Below, in pieces: positions 1-9,000 of a stretch of DNA of 32,000 bases (the first letter of the stretch is position 1; every line of letters starts with the position of its first letter). Source of the DNA: Candidatus Saccharimonadota bacterium (GTDB lineage: Bacteria > Patescibacteriota > Gracilibacteria > UBA4473); assembly GCA_020632335.1 (NCBI GenBank), contig JACKFV010000001.1, forward strand, positions 330,001-362,000, given 5' to 3'. The translations under genes were made by a program, and so were the position numbers. The notes under the pieces are model-generated. The model was not told the DNA's origin. It made no database searches and saw only the letters and a program-made list of their open reading frames with translations.

Positions 1-3000
1 AGGTCTCGGGGGCGTAGCGGGTATTCTCGGTGACGTAGTTGGCGTCTGGGTCACCCTCCAGCACGAGGTCTTGCAGTGTCTGCCGCACCAAAGCCGTCAC
101 CACGGTGGGGTCCAGGGGGGGCTCGGGAGCGTCGTGCAGTGGGAGGCGCGGCGTGTAGGGGTCGCCATTCAGGCCCGCTATACCAGTAGTCCGGAAGGTA
201 AGACGGTATCCCGGCACGGCCGTAGCGGTAGGCACGGTGAAGTCTGGGAGCTCATTCTCACAGGCATCGGTGAGGGGGTCACCGTTCTCCGCCGCGTGGA
301 TCTCAGCCATGTTACAGCGCATGTCGGTCTGCAGCTGGCGGGTCTGCTCGGTCAGGCCTTCCAGCCCCTGCAAGCTCTGCCCGTCCACCTCTATGACCTC
401 GGTATCGTGGGGTTTCTCCACCACCGGCGCTGAGGACTGGTCACGCGGCAGGCGCTGGGTGCGGTTGAACCGCAGCTGGTTGGCCCCCGTCAGCGCGGCC
501 TCTTGCGGGGGCAGCACGTTCTTCTTGAGGAGATTGATAACCTTCAGCAGTACCTTCACGGTACTCAGCACAGTGCGCAGTTGCTGCTTAACCTGCGGGA
601 TGTCCGGCGCAACGCCTATTTCTGGCAAGGACGCGATGGGGAAGGAGAAGGTCTCGGGCACGGTGATGGCCAGATACTTTGGCTCTGGGAGGAGCGTCAT
701 GGGCTGGAAGGGCGGTACGGGTGCGGTAGCTGGCAGCTGCGCGGGGGTATAGGGCTGCTGCAACTCCTCGGGGGTATCCAGCGTGGACTCGTAGGCGCTC
801 ATGCCGAGGGACGCATCGGGGAGGGTAAAGTCGCTCAGCTGGGGGATAACCGGGATAGAACTCTGCTGCGGCAGCAGCTGCATCTGCGGCAGGGGGAGGT
901 TCTGCGAAGCGCTGACGCCGCTAAACGACACCGAGAGGTCGGTGAAGTCCGGGAGGCTGATGTCGGGGAACTGGACGTTCTTCAACACCATTTTGGTCAG
1001 CAGCTGGATGATCTGCCCGCGCTCCATATTCCCGGTATGGAACTGCTCGCTCATACCGTCGAACATGCTGAAGATATCGGCGTACTGGCTCACCACCTGC
1101 TGGAAGGCCCCGGTGGCCTCCTCGTGCTCGGTCAGGCGCTGGCGCTGCGCGTTGCCCCAGTCGTTCAGCGTGCCCTGCAGCGCCTCCAGGCCCTCGGTGA
1201 TCTTCTCGGGCACGGTGGAGAGCTGCTGCTGCACGGTGAGCAGCTGCTGCTTCTGCGCGTCATAGCCCTGCAGGCGGCTGTCTTGCTGGCTCAGCTCATC
1301 GCGGCGCTCGGCGGTCTTCTCGAGGAAGTCCTGGGTCTGGTTCTCTATGGTGGTGGCGCGCGTCTCATACTCGGCCGCAAAGGCAGGGTCAGCGTAGGGT
1401 TTTTGCTTATAAATGGCAATTTCGTCCCGCCACTGGCGCTTGAACCGCTCTAGCTCTTGCCGGTGCTGCGGCTCCCAGCTATCCAGCGCCTGCAGGTAGT
1501 CCTCGCGCTGGTGGTCCCATTCCTCCAGCGTGGCGGGGCTGAAGACGGGATAGGGCACCTGCACGGGCTCCTCGGCGGTATTGGCCAGGGGGTGGTCATT
1601 CAGGTTGCTCAGCTCGTCCTGGCTCTCTTGCCGACTACTGCTGGGGCTAAGGCCCTCTACCACCGGCAGCGTAGCCTTGACATCTGGCACGTTGACCGCG
1701 CTGAGGTCCCGCCCAGACTCGCCCATGAAGTCGGTCAGCGGGTCGCTCTGCTTCTGCCGCGCGCCCAGGTGTACGTCTCCCGCGCCGCTCTTGCTGAGGA
1801 AATCATTACTGCTGAGCGCGTCGGCCAGTGGGATGTCGACGCTCGGGGGGCAGAGCCCTGGCAGCTGCACCTGCAGCCCCATATACAGGCACTGGGGCTT
1901 GATCATCAGCGGCTCTAGCGCTCCATAGTTCATCAGGCAGGCGGCCATACCTACATTCCCCGAGCTAGTAGGCATGACGTAGGCACGGAAGGTGGAGGTC
2001 TGTGGCGTGCCCGGCAGCGGGAACCAGAACACCGGCACCCCCGGCATAGCAGGCCCCGCCACAGTGATGGGCGGCGTATAGATATTCATCTTGCCCGGGC
2101 CGAGAAAGGACAGCGTATCCATCTGGAAGCCAAGGCTCAGGCCCTTGGTCTGCCCAGCGCACATGCCGCCACTGCTGGTGACGGTCTGCTCGGTCTCTAA
2201 CTGGGTCTGGAGGTCCGTGCTCACGCTCGTCCAGGCCTGCTTGCCGGGCGCCGACTGGTCACTCTCGGGCAGTACGTCCCACTGGTCGGGCAGGCCGTCA
2301 CCGTCACTATCACCGCGGAGGAGGTCCAGTACGTTGATATTCTCGATGATTTCCAACGCGTCTGGAGGCAGCAGCGGGCCGGTATCAGGCGCTGTGGGAG
2401 GCTCCGGCGGGAGGGCCGTACCGCAGGGGCTGGTGGTCAGCGGCAGCTGCGCGGGCGGCAGGGGGTAGGGGTCCCGGATATCGCTTGGGGGGAGCGCAGG
2501 CGCCTGCACCCCTCCACGGGCCACGGCGGGGTCTATCGGCTGCCAGTCATAGGGGACGTAGGTCCCGTTAACATTATCGTGGCAGCGCAGCTCTCCGGAG
2601 TCATATCGCACGATCACCTCGGTGTAGGCGTCGTTATCTACATTGACCGGGTAGATCTCTTGCACATGGCTGATGAGCGGTACCTGCCCGCCCATATGCT
2701 TGGGCCCGCCGTAGTTGTAGAGGGCATAGACGGTGTCTTCTATGCGGATGAGGAGGTCATCGGTGAGCGGCTCTCCGGGGGTGTCGAGGTTGGCCACAAA
2801 GAGCTGGTCTATCGGCGCGTTGGTAGGGCCCTCCCACACGGGGTAGCCGATGTCGGTCGCGATGTACTCTTTCTCCCGTGGGCTATCAGTCCCCAGGCGT
2901 ATATAGGGATCACCCATCAGCAGGAGCATATCATTCGCCCCGTACTGCGCCGCGTGCCCGGCGGTGGTGCTCACCCCATGGGCAAACTGTGAGAGGGGCT

Positions 3001-6000
3001 GCCAGGCGCCATTCCAGTTGCCGCTGGAGGCCCTGGTGACGTCTTCTATGCCCTCGCGGTCGCTGCCCAGGGCGTTGTAGGGTTCGGCAGAGCGGGTAGG
3101 GTCGATGAAGAGAGTACAGAGCGGCGAGACGCTACTCTCCCCCGTGAGACCGGGTAGTTGTTGCGCAGTGAAGAGCTCCAGGCTGCGTACCGTCCCACAG
3201 CGTACTGCGGGCGCGCGCACAATGCCGATGAACTCGCCGTCATAGCGCAGGTCCCACTCGGTGATCTTACGGGCGTCGCTGGGGGTGAGGGTCACGCGGG
3301 TATTCACGATGTATACGCCGTCGTTCTTATACGCTATCACGGGCACACCGCGCACCCACAGTACCCCCTTACGGAGCACGGCCTCCTGACGGGTGAGGAT
3401 GCTGTCTCGTATCGCCAACGCCCCACCAGAGAAAGCTCCCGGCGCTGAGCGGTAGCTGGAGAGCGGCACAAAGCTGCTGGGCTCAGTAAAGAGCGTGGTG
3501 GTCTGCGCGATGAGCTGCTGGCCGTACCAGAGCTGGGTCGTCTGTGGCGGGGTGAATTCCATCCGTAGTGAGGGCCCCACTGTCCCGTCCCTCCCCACAT
3601 AGCCGTACTGCAGCCGGGCGTCTGGGTCTTCGGCCAGGGTGGCCACCACGGGGGTTTTTTTGGTCGCCAGCGCGTGAGCAGCAATGTCCGCTGGGCCGTC
3701 AACATCCAGCCCCTGCACGCCCGTGATCACGCTCATGAGCGAGAGAGGAATGATGTCTTGCTGCGGCCCCGTGCGCACGACCTCCACCGTGAAGGTCGCC
3801 GGGACTACCCCGGGGATGGATTCGGCCACCATGTACAGCGTGCCATAGGTAGGCATACCCGTGATGGGATGCGCCCCCAGCGACGGCGCGGTACTCAGCT
3901 GCCACTGGATGTTTTGCCCTGCGGGGGCCACCATATGCGCCATAGCGTCGAAGTCATCATAGGCCGGCAGCAGCGGCACGGCGCCGCCCATGCCCTGTAT
4001 GGGGTTGCGGTAGCGGTCAAATACCTGCAGCTCTACCCCCACGCTCTGCCCCTGCGCCACGGTATGGTGGGCAAGTTTGGCCTCTATCTTGGCCGGGGAG
4101 CTGGGCGTCACGGTAAAGTGGTAGTACTGCGGCGGGATTCCCTCAGCCACCAGCACGCCCTCGGCCAGCCCAGCGCGGATGCCTGGCCCCACCGTCATAG
4201 CGCCATAGCCCCCGCGTATATACGCCTCGGATTCGACAAACTGCCCCACATAAGGGTTCTCAGCAATCACCTCCGCCACAAAGTCGTAGTCCTTCAGCAG
4301 CGCTCCGTCACTATGGTAGGCAGTGAACTGCACCAGCCGCGGGGTAGACTGGCCGGCCTCGACCGTGAGCGTCGGGGGGTCAAAGACCAAGTAGGGATCT
4401 GGATCAATGATGAAGCTGACCTCGCTCTCCAGCTCTAGCTCGGGGGAGAGAATCGCCAGCCGCGCCACGCCCTCGGTATCTGGCCGGGCACGGAGCTTCA
4501 GCGGGGCACTAGCGTCTCTACTGGCCAGGAGGGTTGTGATGCCCTCCTCTCCGGCGCCCTCCAGCTCTATCTTGCCATCCAGGCTGATGACGATGTAGGT
4601 GATCTCTGTCTCTGGTGCGGTATAGAGCGAGCGCTCGCCGTCGGCGTACACGGCATTACCGGCACTATCCAGCGGGAGGATCTTGGTCTGCAGGTACTCC
4701 TTACGCTGCAGCAGGTACTTGCTCTGGCGGCGCATGCCCAGCTGCGCCACGTCATCTGCCACCGCGCCCAGGGTCGTCTGGCTCAGCAGCGTACCGTCTG
4801 GATGCAGCAAGATGATGGTTACGCGGCCGGCCTGCGCGCCGCTGGTGGCGGTGGTGGTGGCCCGGCCATTCATGGGGATGATCGCCGACTGGCTGAACTG
4901 TAGCAGGGGGCTATCGGTCAGCAGCTGCAGGGTCATGCCATCCAGCGCGGTGGTGATGGCACCGGTACTATCACGGACGATGAAGTCCAGCTGGAGTGAT
5001 GGCGCACTGGGGTCACTCCTCAGTGGCAGCGGGGCAAACCCGGGCACCGTAGAGGAGGTGGCGTTCTGCGTAGTCGTCGCGCTAGCCTGCAGGGTGAGCT
5101 GCTGCGTGGCCTGCTTGGGGGTGTAGGTGGCGTTACAAAAGATGAAGTCTAGCACAGCGTCGTCCCAGGTGGGGGGCTGCAGCGGACGCTCCAGGCAGAA
5201 GTCTGGCTCTACGATGGCGCTACAGAGCTGGGTATATTCGGCCTCGGTCACCACTGCGGGGAGCCGGTGCTGCAGCGGCAGAAGTACCGCACGCCACAGC
5301 TGCTGCTCCAGCGAGGTAAATGACGAAAGCTGCAGGATAACAGACCAGTCGGGTCGCACCCGGTAGAGCGACAGCAGCGACGGCCGCTTCTCGCACAGCA
5401 CCATCATTGTCTCGGCCGCAGCGGTGGCCTCGGCGTCGGTGTAGTCGCTCAGCAGCTCCCAATCGCCCTCGTCGCGGTCTGGGGGGGTGGTGCCGGGAGT
5501 CGTCGGCCGGGGGGGGGTATCATCAGAGGGTGTCTCTGTTGGGGGGGGGGTCTCAGGCGCAGGGGTACTCGGGGGAGTCTCAGGCTCAGGGGGGAGTATA
5601 GTGGCGCAGTCCGGGCCCGCCACCGGCACGCAGGGGTCACGGTCGTCGGTGTCTAGTGGCGTGCCACCGTCGGGGAAGGTCTCATCGCCGTCAGCGTCCG
5701 TGCAGCCCTCAGGCGTAGTACTAGCCCCTGGGAGCGTCCCCGGGCAGGCGTCGTCCTCAGTGGGAACGCCGTCACCGTCTGGGTCTGTAGGGTCACAGGC
5801 GTTGCGTGGGTCTGCTGGGCAGGGGTCCTCGGCGTTGCTGGTGCCGTCGTTATCCTGGTCACAGAGTGGAGAAAGTAGGTTCGGGATGCAGGGGTTGGCG
5901 TCGTCTGGGTCGGCTCCTGGGGTGAGCGGTGGGAGGTCTGGGAAGGCGCCATCGTCATCGGCGTCGGTACAGCCGGTGCCATCTACCACCCCTTTCGGAG

Positions 6001-9000
6001 AAGTCAGCGGGCAGGTATCGTCCTCATCTGGCACCCCATCACCGTCGCTATCGGGCAGGGGCGCCGAGGGGTCACAGGCATTGCTGGAGTCAGTGGGGCA
6101 GGGGTCGTCTATGCCCACCAGGCCGTCGTTATCCTCATCACAGAGGGGATGCTGCGGGTTGGGGACGCATGCATTGGTGTCCTCGGGGTCGAAGAGAGGC
6201 GCCGTCACCAGCACGTCTGGGGAGTAGCCGTCGAGGTCGGTATCCGTGCAGCCGGCCTCGTCGACCACCTCCTGAGGGGCAGTAAATGGGCAGTCGTCCT
6301 CAGCGTCAGGGATGCCGTCGTTGTCGGTATCGCTGCCGCCTGGAGTGGTAGTGCCGGTGGTCACTCCGCTCGTCGTGCCGCTTGTGGTACTCCCGCTAGT
6401 GCTGCCTGTGGTGGTACCAGTGGTCTGGCCGTCTGTGGAGCCACTGGTAGTGCCGTCAGTGGATCCGGTGGTGCTGCCGGTGCTGGTACCGTCTGTGGAG
6501 CCGCTGGTATTCCCATCAGTAGTACCAGTAGTATTCCCATCAGTGCTCCCGTCTGTGGAGCCCGTGGTGCTGCCGGTGGTGTCTCCGCTAGTGGTACTGG
6601 GGGGCTGGGGCGGCGTGGGGGGTTGCACGGTCGGGAGCTCGCTCGGGGCACCATCACGCACGATGATCTCCACCGTATAGTCCCCATTTTGTGGGGGGAG
6701 CTGCGGCGGGGTAATGGGGGTGGGCTGGTAGTCAGGCGTCTCATCAGCAGGGATCTCCTTTGGCGCCTCCAGCACCAGCGACTCCAGCGGCGGCAGCGTC
6801 TCACTATAGAGGAAGCCCGCTTCGGCCTCCAGCGCGGCGTCATAGGCCGGGCCACGGGTGGTGAGCCGCGTGTGGCGGTTCTCCGTCACGATGTCTACCG
6901 TGGGCACCGGCAGGCTGTTATTGGTCAGTCGCATATCGCTCACCTCATAGCCGCGGTAGTTCCAGCTGCCGTCGTACCAATCGTGCAGCTCCTCACTGGG
7001 TTCGCGGTAGGTGCCGTCGTTATCCTCGCCCTGGTGCGCCAGACTGAGTGACTGCAGCACAAAGACATTTTTCTCGTCGATGGGGGTCTGTATCCACTCC
7101 AGCGCTTCCTTCAGCAGGCGGAAGTCTATGTCCTCCGCGAGCGCATTGGCGTCGTAGTAGGGGACCAGCGGGTGGAGCTCGTAGTACTGGGTGATGTACT
7201 CCAGCGAGGACTCACTAGCGGTGGGTGAGACCTTGGCGTAGTTATTGGCCGCGTCTACCAACCAGCAGCTCTCTATCCAGGTCACGGCGGTGATGTCTGG
7301 CGCGCTTTGGGTCAGCGCCTCATAGGCCGCGATGGCGTCGGCGTCCATACGCTTGTACTGGTAGGCCTCGTCACGGGTGAGTTTCTCCTCCGTGCGGGCG
7401 TAGCTACAGTGCATCTCCACGTCAGCGGGGGTGTAGCTGAGGTCTCCCAGATGGGTAGCGTCTTGGTACTGTTCCCACGCGGTTTTCAGCCAGGGCTCGA
7501 AGAGCGTCTCTCGATAAATAGCGGGCCACTCTATGGTGCGGGTGGCGGCCAGCTCGGCCTGGGTGATGGCGTTCTCGGCCGTGATGGTCTCTTGCAGTGC
7601 CTGCTGGCGGTCGTCTAGCATCTGCAGTACTCTGGCCTTGAAGGCCTCTACGGTGGCGGTGGTACTGGGTACGGGGGGAGTCGCTAGCTCGGTATGGGTG
7701 AAGATATTCGGCAGGTTGAAGCGGTAGGGGTTCCCACTCCCGAAGTACCACGAGGCTCCCCAGGGGCGGTCCTGCGGGGTCTTGGGGGCGGTGAAGTCAT
7801 CTACCTGCAGCGCGATGTCCTCGGTGGTGGGCATGAGGTGCTCCATATAACTCCAGAAACGGTGCACATCCATCAGCAGCCGGCCTTCATCTACCTCCCA
7901 CACCCGCAGCGGACTCTCGGGCACGTAGGGCTGGGTCTGCGCATACTGGGTATAGCTGGGCAGCGTCTCGGTGGGGCTGAAGGGATAGCGAGGGGCCACC
8001 AGCACGGGCTCGCAGGCGTAAGTGCCGGTGTCGAGCGAGCGGCCATACTGCGCGATGCCGGCCTCGGTATAGGTGGGGATGTCAGCATCGCGGACGTCCC
8101 AGTGCAGCCGCGGGATGAGGCTACACTCGGGCTCGGGCAGGTGGCCGTCCCACGGGGAGCAGGTGTCGGTGCTGGTGTCGCTCTCGGGAGGGGTCTCGTT
8201 CACACTAGCGGCGGTGTCGGCCTCGGTGAGGGTGCCCAGCTGGCTGATGGTTGCCTCGCCGGCCAGTACAGCACCCCCGGCACCACGGGCAAGACTCTGC
8301 CCGAGCCGCTGCAGGCGCTCTTGCTCCGCCGCGATAGGCCCCGGTTTAGGGTTGTCATTCAGCTGCCCGCGGCAGCAGCGCTCGGTCATGGTGGTCATGC
8401 GCGGGTTCTCGTAGTACAGGCTATAGAGCCGCTCGTCGTCTTTGCTGAGCATGGGTTCTTCTGCGGGCTCACCGGCATAACCCTCCACCTGGGGGTAGCC
8501 GCGCGACCAGCTGCAGTAGGGCGCCTCCAGCTGGCTGCGGTAGTGGGTACGCCACATTTGGTCAGCCGGGAAGAGGTCTATGAGGCCATACTCCGCGCCG
8601 GCAAACACCAGCGACTGCGGCGTCATGAAGTCCCTCAGGCGCCACCAGGGGTGCTTCTCCTCCATCACGCTGACCATACTGCCAAAGCGCGTGCCCTCCA
8701 GCTGCTGCATGGCGTGGGTCTGCACGGCGTCGTTAAAGCGCTTGAGGTAGAGCGCAGAGGCCATATCCTTAGCCGTGACGTGCTGGAGGGTGGTCTGCCG
8801 CTGGGTGGTACTCCACCGGCCGGCCTCGTTCATCAGCTGCTGGCTGTGGGAGAGGAAGCTCTCGTAGGCCTCGGTATAGCGCTTGGTGAACTGCTGAACG
8901 CTATTCTTGGTAAGGAGGTCTGGCAGGCGGTCTTGGTCACCGGAGGGGATTTCATCGGGCACCAGCTCTGGGGGGAGGAGGTCCCAGGGGATTTCCTCCA

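Noticed and set aside
6338-6600. Periodic repeats as a possible CRISPR array
   Set aside because: The repeats are degenerate and in-frame within a coding region, with no unique spacers and no cas genes. This is a protein-level S/T/G linker.
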